DNA of 24,276 nucleotides from a virus. The notes under the pieces are model-generated. The model was not told the origin of the DNA. It saw only the letters and a program-made list of their open reading frames with translations, and searched no databases. Below, piece by piece: positions 1-8,304 of the stretch. The stretch's first letter is position 1; each line of letters starts with the position of its first letter. The stretch lies in the IMG/VR virus record IMGVR_UViG_3300045988_119278; one strand, written 5' to 3'. The position numbers were made by a program, and so were the translations under genes.

Positions 1-119
1 CTCAAAGGAGAAAGCAAAATAAGTTATGGTATTGTCATCATTTATTTGTTTAAAATAATACATATAACAACCTCCTTACTCTACCCAAAAGGCATAGATA
101 TAATAATCTCTTGAACTTA
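1..119. repeat. Terminal overlap copy 1, identical to 24158-24276. Indicates a circular or circularly permuted genome with 24,157 bp unique length.
   Basis: Direct string comparison of the two window ends. The repeat lies inside coding sequence (3' end of CDS 76..507 and 5' end of the CDS annotated at 24065..24220). Confidence 0.95.
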
Positions 120-507
120 TAGAGATAGAAGAAGCATTACTCCACCCTATAGAAATTGTCTGTGTGGTTTTATCATAGTCAATGTAATAACTTATATCAG
201 TAATCTCTCCACCGGTCTGTATCCTTTCCACTATCCCTGTTGAAACATTGTATCTTGTAATAGCACCATTCATTACCATAACAAAAGTATAATTTGTTGG
301 AAGGTTTGTATTAGTTATTGTCTTAGTGCCATTCTTATTTTTTGGCATTGAAAAGCTTGTTGCCATTTGTATATACTTTAATTCCCCGCCACCTGCTTGA
401 ATACCCTAAATAGCAGTAGGTATAGCATCAAGGGTTAATAACTCTGTTCCGCCCGTCTTTTCTCTAATAGCTGAACCAATAGCAGAGAGTTTATCAGTAA
501 GTGCCAT
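76..507 (-). CDS. Structural, fibre-associated protein of unknown function, 143 aa, with 1 in-frame TAG (406-408)
   Basis: ATG at 505-507 overlaps the TGA stop of the upstream CDS. N-terminus is MALTDKLSAIGSAIREKTGGTELLTLDAIPTAI. Track ORF 76..366 is its C-terminal part in the same frame. TAA stop at 76-78. Confidence 0.6.
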
Positions 508-802
508 TCTCAATAACCCCCAATGCTTGATTGATTAATGTATTTACTTGGTCTGCGGTTTGGTAGCCTTTATTTTCAACTTCTGTCATAGTAGCATAAC
601 CACTCAAATCAGGCTTACCAGTTATATCATTCCAAGCAACCCCACCTACAGCAGAAGTATCTACCCATAATTTAATCTTATTATCAGTAGGAGCAACAGC
701 CCCTACTGATATTTCAGTTTTATCATTCACATAAGATTTAATTTGGGAAGACAACTTACTTAAACCGCTACCATTAATAATTTTATTATCAGTAGTTGCC
801 AT
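494..802 (-). CDS. Fibre-like protein carrying a G-Y-Q-T..QV..I motif, 102 aa
   Basis: Intact track ORF with RBS AAGAGGTG upstream of the ATG and a TGA stop. Motif NKGYQTADQVNTLI is shared with CDS 814..1386. Confidence 0.75.
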   Translation of the reverse strand: MATTDNKIINGSGLSKLSSQIKSYVNDKTEISVGAVAPTDNKIKLWVDTSAVGGVAWNDITGKPDLSGYATMTEVENKGYQTADQVNTLINQALGVIENGTY

Positions 803-813
803 AAGCGCACCTC

Positions 814-1386
814 TTAAACTGCGTCAGTCCAAATTTGATTAATTTCCGCATTGGTTAAGAAGTCAAGGCTAACAGAAGTATCTCCTATTACTTCCCACTT
901 GCTATTGATATAAGCATACTCAGTGTAAATATTACCCTCAGTGCCTTGCTCTTTCAATTTAAGATAAATCACATTGGAAGAACCAGTAGCAGGAAGATTC
1001 TCAACAATCTCAAACTTAAATCCACCAACACCACCAATAGCAGAAGCAATAGCGTCCTGAACCTGCTTAGAGGTCTAATAGCCCTTTCCCTCAACTGCGG
1101 TCATTGTAGTATAGCCCTTATCAGTAATTGCGGTTTCTACCTGAGCGCTTGTTTGATATCCTTTACCTGAAATGGCGGTATCTACGTCATTGGCGGTTTG
1201 ATATCCAGCACCATTTGTAAGTTGATTGTTATTAGTAGGAATAGTTGGAGTATTAGCAATGAGAGAATAATCTAACTTACTATCCGCACTAATCTTATCT
1301 TGCTTACTTGCTAAACCCTCTTTGACCTTTTGAGTATAAACTACTAATTGGTCGCCCTTTAATACTTTGTTATCATAACTTGCCAT
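814..1386 (-). CDS. Fibre-like repeat protein, 190 aa, with 1 in-frame TAG (1075-1077)
   Basis: Track ORF 1075..1386 ends at TAG. The same frame stays open to TAA at 814-816. Repeats are GAGYQTANDVDTAI, GKGYQTSAQVETAI, DKGYTT and GKGY[TAG]TSKQVQDAI. C-terminus is ...NVIYLKLKEQGTEGNIYTEYAYINSKWEVIG. Confidence 0.8.
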
Positions 1387-1401
1387 ATTTAAATGTCCTC
1401 C

Positions 1402-1662
1402 TTAATATGTTTGCCAAATGGCTAATATATCTGAGTTAGTGAGACTATCTAAGCCCACAACCTCACTTGAAATTTCTGCTTTCAATTCTTCTTTATCTTT
1501 TGGAGTGTAGTAATCAACACCCTTAACAGGGGTATCACCCTTATCTCCCTTATCCCCCTTATCACCTTTACCGCCTTTATCACCTTTATAGTAATCAACA
1601 CCTAAGTTTAAATTACCATTCAAAGATTCTTCAACAGAGAGAACACCTTTTATTTCAATCAT
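1402..1662 (-). CDS. Collagen-like (G-X-Y) repeat protein, 86 aa; fibre or capsid-decoration candidate
   Basis: Contains GDKGGKGDKGDKGDKGDTP. RBS AGGAGG is present, the ATG overlaps the upstream TGA (ATGA), and the stop is TAA. Confidence 0.8.
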   Translation of the reverse strand: MIEIKGVLSVEESLNGNLNLGVDYYKGDKGGKGDKGDKGDKGDTPVKGVDYYTPKDKEELKAEISSEVVGLDSLTNSDILAIWQTY

Positions 1663-1988
1663 TGTGTTACCTCCTATCCAATTTCAAAAGTGGCAAAGGG
1701 AACAACGGTATAAATCTTACCTCCAAAAGTGGTAAGTTGAATATCATAGCAATATGTTCCAATAGCAAGAGATTTAGTATCATCAGGTAAGAAGTCAATC
1801 ACACCTTTGCTTGCGGTTTTGGCAAAAGCAATCTGACTGTCTGCGGTCTTTCTTACTGTTAGCGTGATTGTATCATCATCAAATAACTATCTCTCTTTGC
1901 CTGTATTGTCATATACCTTAACTTTAAGTGAAGCATTATCGCCCTTAGTTAAGTATATCTTATTTGTTTTCTCATTGATTTTAAACAA
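1659..1988 (-). CDS. Small beta-rich (Ig-like?) structural protein, 109 aa, with 2 in-frame TAG (1887-1889, 1674-1676)
   Basis: RBS AAGGAGG plus a 9-nt spacer and a TTG start. The frame is open apart from TAG and ends in TGA overlapping the next ATG. It is not in the track because TAG splits it into pieces under 60 aa. Confidence 0.6.
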
Positions 1989-2002
1989 GGCTTTCAACCT
2001 CC

Positions 2003-2794
2003 TTATTCTATAATTGCCAAAATAGCACAGCGGTCATTAGCGTGAAATGGTGGAATAGTCTCGCCTACAACCGCTTCCTCAATCAAGAAAATCTTACCAT
2101 TCATCTATTTACATCTATCACAAGTTCTATCATCCTTAGCAGATAAAACCTGATACTTTTTGATTCCAGCTTGCTTGTATTTATCTAATGTGGCCTAATT
2201 CTGAACATAACTTAGCTCAGTTCTTGCCAAGCGGTCAGCCTGTCTATATCCAACATTAAAATCATTCATTAGCTACATAACCAACTAATCTTTGCTTGCC
2301 CCTCTGCTGATACAATCAATCAAACCTTTTTCCAAGCCAACCTGTAATTTTGCTTTGTTCTGCCATATTCTTGTGCTCCAGTTCTTACCATCCGCACACC
2401 AAACCGCATTAATAACTTCTTTTGCTTGCTTTTGGTTAAACTCACCTGAGAACCCCAATGATTGACCTACAGCCACGCTTGTTTTCTAATACATATCCAA
2501 CAACTTTTTATCTGTTATCTTTATTTCCTTTTGGCCTAATGCTTTCAACTGCTTATTCAAAGACTTAACCAAAGAGAAATATCTATTATATTTGTATAAA
2601 TCGCTTGCTAAAAGAGTGCCGTTATAACTACTTGCTATAATCTCATCATACAGGGCTATAATATCCTTTTTAACCTGCTCCATAGAGTAAACATATTGCT
2701 TACTTAACTCTTGCTGATACTCTAAAAGGGTCTTATCATAAAGCAGTTCTTTTTGTCTGGTTTCTCTTTTCAGCCAATACTTACTGCTGTTCAT
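2003..2794 (-). CDS. Head morphogenesis protein, SPP1 gp7 / Mu F-like, 263 aa, with 5 in-frame TAG (2486, 2285, 2273, 2195, 2105)
   Basis: Track ORFs 2486..2794 and 2285..2476 are in one frame. Read-through gives ...ARTELSYVQN.ATLDKYKQAGIKKYQVLSAKDDRTCDRCK.MNGKIF...PPFHANDRC, the MuF-type C-terminal motif. TAA stop at 2003-2005. Confidence 0.85.
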
Positions 2795-4103
2795 TTACTG
2801 TTTCCTCTTGGTTATTTTGGAAAGAATACATATCAATATTTGCTTGCTTCTGCTCTTCCAACTGCTCTAATTCCTTTTGAACATCACCAACAAAAGGAAG
2901 CTGTGCTAACAAGGTAGCATCACTTACCAAACCTCTTAATTGATTAACCATTTGAGCAATTTCCAAAGTATTAACGGGTAAGTTTCTTGTAAACACAATG
3001 TCAATATCTCTCCACATTGAATCCCCGCCCTTGATATTGATAACCTCACAGATTAACTCAATGCGTTTCTGTAATGCCTTAGTCATATTGGCAACTATGT
3101 TAGAAGAAACATTTTCAAAGCCAGTCAATTTATATCTCATACTAATACCAGAAGCAGACATAAACTTATCATCATTAAAATCAGGTGAATTAGCAATCTT
3201 ATGTATAGTATCATTAATGTTTTTGAGCATATTTTCAATCTGTGTGTCTGATACGCTCTTTGTTAAATAGCTGGCTTCTGCGTCTGCGTCCATAATAAGC
3301 ACTCTGTTTTGCTTCATTGCTTGTAAATCATCCGCATCAGCTTGAACGCCCTTTAAGATTAAGTAAGCATCGCAGAAAGATTCAAAATCATCTACCTCAC
3401 TTGATAAGAGTTTGTTGTATGCGTCCTGTAGGCTCATAACCTTATCAAAAATGCTTTCTCTCTCTTGGTTCAAGGGGAACACAGTAATAGGAACTTGTTT
3501 GAAATAGTTAGGTCTTTCTTCCAAGAGTGAAAGAACAGCAAAGCCAACTGAACTTTCATAAATTAGAGTGCGGTCTTTGCTATAAACTTCAATATAATAT
3601 TTCTCTTGTGCTTCATTGATATTATCAGCAACATAATATCTAATTACATAAAGCAACTCACTATTCAAGTCATTAGCATAGATAGGAATTACTTCTCTTG
3701 GGTCTAATACCTTGAATCTTTGTTTCCCTAATTCATCAATATAGTTAATCTCATAAGAACAACCATAAATCAATGCTTGTCTAAGATAATCATTATCCTC
3801 TGTCCGCACGTCATTATAGTTAAGAACATTTTGAATCTCTACAAAGTCTTTCTCTGACTGATAGGCAATATCAATACCCGTTAGATAGCCTAAGTAATTC
3901 TGAACTATGTTATAGCAATAGTTAGTTACAATGCGGTTACAGGGCTTTCCAACATCAGTAGAAGACTTATAAATGATATCCTGTTTGCCTTTGTAATATT
4001 TGTAATACTTGTTTAATATAGGTTTATCCTGAATCTCAAATTGCTAAATACACTTACTTATGTATTCAGTTGTCAATGGTGCTTTTTTATCTATGATAAA
4101 CAA
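2781..4103 (-). CDS. Portal protein (SPP1 gp6-like), 440 aa, with 1 in-frame TAG (4044-4046)
   Basis: Track ORF 2781..3809 continues upstream in frame to a TTG at 4101-4103 preceded by GGAGG. The N-terminus ...KPILNKYYKYYKGKQDIIYKSSTDVGKPCNRIVTNYCYNIVQNYLGYLTGIDIAY is portal-like. Stop is TAA. Confidence 0.9.
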
Positions 4104-4123
4104 ACTATTACCTCCTTTTTTGT

Positions 4124-5359
4124 TTATAAACCTAAAACCGCTTTATCCAAGGTTTTAAGTCCTGATTTAGTATATATATCTGAGTAAGCATATCTTAACC
4201 CATCAATACCGTGCGAAAACTCGTGCGTGTATTTGTCCTCTTGGTATTCTCCTTGTTTATCCTTTTGATATGAGAAATTGGATAGCTCAGTTATCAGGTT
4301 TTGGCATTTGGAACTAACTATAATGGTATGGTTTTGTAAAAAGGATAAACCTGCTTTAACCGAATCCTTACCTTTGATACAAGGAGCAACATAAAAGCCC
4401 TATTTTTTGAAATAGTCAATGCTTCTTGGTTCTGCGGAATCCATATAAATCTTAGTCTTTGCTAACTCCATTGTGCGGATTGCCTGACTTACAGTATCTA
4501 ACTGCTAACCCCTCTTGTAATACTCATTGAGAACATAGATTGTCTTATTTTGCTTGTCATACAATGTATCAATTATTGTTGTTGGGTCAATAAAGCCCAA
4601 GTCCGCGCCCGCTCTTCTTTCTAATCCAAGAGAGAGAAGATTTTCCGTATCTAAAATAGTTTCCTGCCAATTATGAAATACTAACCCCTCATCCGGCACG
4701 CCCCACTCACCAAAACAATAAACTCTGGCTTTATTTGGGTTTCTTGTTATAAGCTCTTCTAATGAATTTACATACTCCTAAGATAGAAAAGGATTATCCT
4801 TGTATGTTGTCTCACTAAAATAAAAACTTTTGGGCGGATTTACAACACAAAAGTCATAGAGCCAATGCGCTTTGCTTATGGGGTTAAAGGCCATTAGTAT
4901 TTGCTGATTTGGCACGGTGGAGCGCATACGCAAGTTCAACTGCTCCACAATATCCTTGCTTACCTCAAATACTTCCTCAATAAAGATTGTGCCTATATCA
5001 TTGAGAGATAGCAATTTAGTCTCTTCATCCAACCCCATAAAGATAATTTCAGAACCATTTGGGAACTTAATATTAAAGTCCGTTTCTCTGATTTTTACAT
5101 AGGGCAGAATCTACCACTTTGTTAGAATCTCTTTGAATAGGGAGAAACAGGTATTTCTTATTGTTGAGCCATATTTACGGCAAACTAAGATTTTGATTTT
5201 CTCAGAACAAGCCCTAATTATCAATTTCTAAGTGATAAAATAGGACTTGCCTGAACCTGCTGAACCTTTATAGACTTCCCACCTATGAGAGTAGTCCAAA
5301 AGCAAAGGAAATAATGTTTTTGAAAATGCGGACTTGTCTATATTTAAGGTTATTGACAT
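4124..5359 (-). CDS. terL: Terminase large subunit (PBSX/Terminase_6-like), 411 aa, with 5 in-frame TAG (5228, 5111, 4778, 4505, 4400)
   Basis: Walker A KGSAGSGKSYFIT[TAG]KLI. Track fragments 4778..5038 and 4505..4699 are in the same frame. The nuclease end is ...IYMDSAEPRSIDYFKK.GFYVAPCIKGKDSVKAGLSFLQ...HGIDGLRYA. TAA stop at 4124-4126. Confidence 0.93.
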
Positions 5360-5364
5360 TGTGC

Positions 5365-5556
5365 TTACTCTTTCTTATCTATCTTTTGATTCAATTTCTC
5401 AGCCTGAGTGCCAAAATAGAAAGCAGTAATAGTTGTGTAAATGGTAGTAAACTCCTATGGTATCTGCTTGCCCCAAATCAATAAAACGCAGAATACAATA
5501 GTAAGCAATAAGGTAACAATGCTTTTAACTGTAATCAATCTTTTTAATTCAGCCAT
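5365..5556 (-). CDS. Small two-TM membrane protein, 63 aa, with 1 in-frame TAG (5455-5457)
   Basis: GGAG RBS and ATG at 5554-5556. Sequence is MAELKRLITVKSIVTLLLTIVFCVLLIWGKQIP.EFTTIYTTITAFYFGTQAEK..., ending in TAA. It sits between terS and terL. Confidence 0.6.
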
Positions 5557-5560
5557 AAAA

Positions 5561-5932
5561 TCAATCTCCTGTTATGTTTATATGTATATTGTTGTTAAGC
5601 TCCGCCTGAACCTTTTGTGTTTGTAAGCCCGTCTGTTTCTGTAAGAGGTCTAAGGCTTTCAATCTAATATTCTGCGGTGTATCCTCACTAAAAGCCATTT
5701 CTGATAACTCATTAGCAATATGTTCAGGTGTAATGTGGTTTGCTTCAAATATTTCTTTTTCCAACTGACTTATTCTTTCTTTAACTTCTGGCATTTTCAT
5801 TAGGCGTGCTCCGCCTGCTCTTGCTGAATCGTTCTTCTTAGTAGCATATACTTTTTCATAAGCCTTGCCCGCATTATATTTACAAGCAATAAATTCACGG
5901 CAAAACATTTCCTGTTGTGTATTCAGTGCCAT
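5561..5932 (-). CDS. terS: Terminase small subunit, 123 aa
   Basis: Track ORF 5561..5953. I place the start at the ATG following GGAGGTG. Sequence MALNTQQEMFCREFIACKYNAGKAYEKVYATKKNDSARAGGARLMKMPEVKERI matches the Terminase_2-type N-terminus. Stop is TGA. Confidence 0.8.
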   Translation of the reverse strand: MALNTQQEMFCREFIACKYNAGKAYEKVYATKKNDSARAGGARLMKMPEVKERISQLEKEIFEANHITPEHIANELSEMAFSEDTPQNIRLKALDLLQKQTGLQTQKVQAELNNNIHINITGD

Positions 5933-5965
5933 AATCAGCACCTCCAAGAGCAAAAGTAACTCTTT

Positions 5966-6064
5966 TTATTTCTCATTGTAGTCATACCCCATCTTAACAA
6001 GCGCTCCACCAAACAAGCATCCAATAGCAAAAGTAATTGCCCCTGTAATAAACATTCCAATCAT
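5966..6064 (-). CDS. Hydrophobic 32-aa peptide (MIGMFITGAITFAIGCLFGGALVKMGYDYNEK)
   Basis: GAGG RBS, ATG overlapping the upstream TGA (ATGA), and a TAA stop. It is too short for homology support. Confidence 0.4.
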   Translation of the reverse strand: MIGMFITGAITFAIGCLFGGALVKMGYDYNEK

Positions 6065-6162
6065 AATATTACCTCACTTATAATTTTATATTCTTTTAAT
6101 AGTGCGGTCAGTAGTTCTAATTCTGCCACACACTCATTAATTGTGTTGCTAATTGTATCCAT
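6061..6162 (-). CDS. 33-aa protein (MDTISNTINECVAELELLTALLKEYKIISEVIL); first ORF of the long minus-strand operon
   Basis: RBS AAAGGAG with a 7-8 nt spacer and ATG at 6160-6162. The TGA stop overlaps the next ATG. Confidence 0.45.
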   Translation of the reverse strand: MDTISNTINECVAELELLTALLKEYKIISEVIL

Positions 6163-6304
6163 TTTTAATACTCCTTTAATTATAAAATATTTTTTTATCA
6201 AAGTCATGCGGACGGGCAATTAAATTTGCCACGATTTTTTATAACTTTGATAAAGTGTAAGCAAAAACAATTTTTAATTAATTCTGGCTTACTACAATTC
6301 AATA

Positions 6305-6346
6305 TCCAATAGCAAAAGAAATAGAGAAAGTCCAATAGCAAAAGAA
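6305..6346. repeat. Two direct copies of TCCAATAGCAAAAGAA (6305-6320 and 6331-6346), 26-bp period
   Basis: Exact 16-mer duplication in the intergenic region upstream of the structural operon. Related copies occur at 6020-6033 (+), 7237-7249 (-), 22880-22889 (-) and in variant form around 6451-6470. Confidence 0.8.
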
Positions 6347-6376
6347 TTATGTAGTTCTTTCTATTGTATATAATTT

Positions 6377-6841
6377 TTAATTAAGTGCGGTTTTTGTGTT
6401 TTGCCCGCCCTTGTTATACTGTTTTACGTGCTCTATCACCATTTCCGCACTTGCTTTCTTGGCTATTGGATTCACTGTATAATGTATTCCGTCCTCTTTT
6501 GGTATTTGGTAATTCATTATAGGCACATACTTTCTAATCCATTTACCTTCAACAATTAGCAAGTTCTTTTTATTGGGGACATACTCTAACACCTCAAAAC
6601 AAAGGGTATAACCCTGTTGGATTATACCCCTAAATACATCATATTTATGTTCTGGTAAGTTTAGTTTTGTATTAACCTAATGCGCTAAGATTCTTTTTAA
6701 TAAATTACTTGCTTTACCAATATAAATGATAACACCATCTATCTTAATACAATAAATACCCGCTTTATCTAAGTGCGGTTTTTGGTTTTTGATTTCCTCA
6801 TATTGCTATATCATTGTTTTGTAATATATATTATCTTTCAT
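6377..6841 (-). CDS. GIY-YIG nuclease (homing-endonuclease-like), 154 aa, with 2 in-frame TAG (6806-6808, 6677-6679)
   Basis: RBS AAAGGAG and ATG at 6839-6841. Sequence is ...KAGIYCIKIDGVIIYIGKASNLLKRILAH[TAG]VN...LLIVEGKWIRKY. Track ORF 6377..6592 is the C-terminal part in the same frame. Stop is TAA. Confidence 0.8.
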
Positions 6842-6960
6842 TGGGGTTACTCCTTTCTTATTTAAAAGTGTAAAAATTATTTGCGGGCGGAACTCCTATT
6901 TAGTGCTTGTGCGGAAACACCCAGCGGGGAAGTTCCTTATAATTTTCTTTTCCATTCTTG

Positions 6961-7007
6961 TTATATGGGGGCTTCCGCTCTCCAAGGCGGAAAAGCCCAC
7001 CATATAA
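6961..7007. other. Long imperfect GC-rich hairpin (about 20 bp stem, loop TCTCCAAG), preceded by a second stem 6889-6894/6931-6936
   Basis: TTATATGGGGGCTTCCGC / GCGGAAAAGCCCACCATATAA pair with two small bulges. The segment is locally GC-rich in an AT-rich genome. There is no adjacent T-run and no convincing ORF. Confidence 0.55.
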
Positions 7008-7042
7008 CTATACTCTGTATAGTCTCTATAATATTTCTGGTA

Positions 7043-7079
7043 GAAATTTACTACCACATAAAGATGAAATTTACTACCA
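7043..7079. repeat. Direct repeat GAAATTTACTACCA x2 (7043-7056 and 7066-7079), followed by short palindromes up to about 7135
   Basis: Exact 14-mer duplication with a 23-bp period. Nearby inverted repeats are CAACTT-ATA-AAGTTG and CACTTT-TGA-AAGTG. Confidence 0.7.
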
Positions 7080-7146
7080 AGTTTTTGAAAATTTCAACTT
7101 ATAAAGTTGATATTTTACACTTTTGAAAGTGGAAATTTTCCTTTCC

Positions 7147-7422
7147 TCACACTCCATCATCAAAACTTAGTCTACTATTAAAATAAGCCTTAAAAGTGCT
7201 TATAACCTATAGATACTCATTATCAGGATAATTCATCTTTGCTATTGGATTATTAGGATTCTATTTCTTCCACTAACCAAAAGTATCATAAAGTTCCCCG
7301 TGTTTCTTTTTGTATTTAATCTCTTCATTCATTAGCGCTCTATGGCTTGCGCGCACTAATTTACCTACCACATTCTCAACATATTCAAATGGATAATCAG
7401 GTGTGTATTTTTCTTTTGCCAT
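7147..7422 (-). CDS. Hypothetical protein, 91 aa if 3 TAG (codons 50, 54, 72) are read through; 49 aa otherwise
   Basis: Strong RBS AAAGGAGG and ATG at 7420-7422. The frame is open apart from TAG down to TGA at 7147-7149. Confidence 0.5.
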
Positions 7423-7436
7423 TGTTATTTCCTCCT

Positions 7437-7916
7437 TTAATGTCTATCCCAAAGTATTTTAGCTTTTTCCGCAGAACCCACTCTATTAATTAATTCCTGA
7501 TAAGTGAGTTCAATATATTCGTCAACTGTTCCCTTAACTTTAAACTTCTTCTTTTCTTCCTCTACTGGAATACTATCATCTATTGGACGCTCATAGAAGT
7601 CATAAGAGTGTTTTTCTCTTAAAACTAAATATCCTTTTTCTATCAGGTCATTAACTGCGGATTTGGCTGTGTCCTTACTCATTCCGCAAACATCCGCTAT
7701 ATCTTGTGTGCTTAAAGCAAAGTGGTAATTATCTACATTTCCTAACATATACATATACGCTTTGAAAGAAGTTGCTTTACTCAAATTCTTCATAGCGTCA
7801 TTGATATTATCATTGTAAGCAATTACATAAGAGCGCTTACTTTCTTTTGTTCCTTTTGGAACTTCTCTGTGAATTGTGATTCTTCTCTAATTAGCATAGG
7901 TAATAAGTTCAGCCAT
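7437..7916 (-). CDS. Winged-helix/HTH DNA-binding protein (Rep-organiser or regulator-like), 159 aa, with a TAG at codon 10 (7887-7889)
   Basis: RBS AAGGAG and ATG at 7914-7916. Track ORF 7437..7793 is in the same frame but its ATG has no RBS. Sequence includes ...STQDIADVCGMSKDTAKSAVNDLIEKGYLV. Confidence 0.7.
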
Positions 7917-7918
7917 AA

Positions 7919-8068
7919 TTATTTCTCCTTATTATTAAATTGAGCCATATACCATTTAACCGCTTCTCTAATTAATTGTGATACTGGTATATCTTTTTCT
8001 TTAGCCATTCCCTCAATAGCTTCTTTTAATTCTTCATCAAATCTAACTGTTGCTCTATAATCTTTCAT
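7919..8068 (-). CDS. Ribbon-helix-helix (CopG/Arc-like) protein, 49 aa
   Basis: Sequence MKDYRATVRFDEELKEAIEGMAKEKDIPVSQLIREAVKWYMAQF. The ATG overlaps the upstream TGA and the stop is TAA. Confidence 0.75.
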   Translation of the reverse strand: MKDYRATVRFDEELKEAIEGMAKEKDIPVSQLIREAVKWYMAQFNNKEK

Positions 8069-8226
8069 TCTATTTCAATCTCCTCTTGGTATAAAAGTAA
8101 AAGAGCATATCTAACTACTTCTGACATACTCATATTGTGCTTAATCGCATACTCCTACAATCTTTCTTTCTATTGGAAACTCATCCCAATACATACGTCT
8201 GTTTTTTTATCTTTTGTGTATTTCAT
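8065..8226 (-). CDS. Ribbon-helix-helix protein, 53 aa, with 2 in-frame TAG (8170-8172, 8155-8157)
   Basis: RBS AAGGAG and ATG at 8224-8226. Sequence is MKYTKDKKTDVCIGMSFQ.KERL.EYAIKHNMSMSEVVRYALLLLYQEE. Stop is TGA in an ATGA overlap. Confidence 0.65.
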
Positions 8227-8269
8227 CAATTTACTCCTTGTGTTTGTCAGCGTTTGTCTCCCTCCGCTC

Positions 8270-8304
8270 AAAAAATATAAGGGCTTGCCTAACAGCCCTT
8301 ATAT
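8270..8304 (-). terminator. Hairpin plus T-run (minus strand) just upstream of the RHH operon; terminator or attenuator candidate
   Basis: Stem of 9-11 bp, ATAAGGGCT/AGCCCTTAT, with an 8-nt loop. It is followed on the minus strand by TTTTTT. Confidence 0.5.

Noticed and set aside
1530-1580. The short tandem DNA repeat (cccttatc/ccttatca units) could be a CRISPR-like or satellite repeat.
   Set aside because: It is the coding sequence of the GDK collagen-like triplets in CDS 1402..1662. There is no spacer-repeat architecture, and no CRISPR array is present anywhere in the window.
6171-6200. TTGATA..TATAAT directly upstream of the first structural-operon ORF, as a sigma-70 promoter.
   Set aside because: The spacer is only 11 nt by my count, which is too short for a canonical promoter. 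I leave the late promoter unassigned. The 11-bp inverted repeat at 6194-6204/6244-6254 and the TCCAATAGCAAAAGAA repeats suggest activator-dependent control instead.
6881-7126. Plus-strand ORF of 81 aa covering the GC-rich hairpins.
   Set aside because: It has a non-ATG start and no RBS. It runs straight through two long hairpins and iterons, so the region is more likely non-coding and structured.
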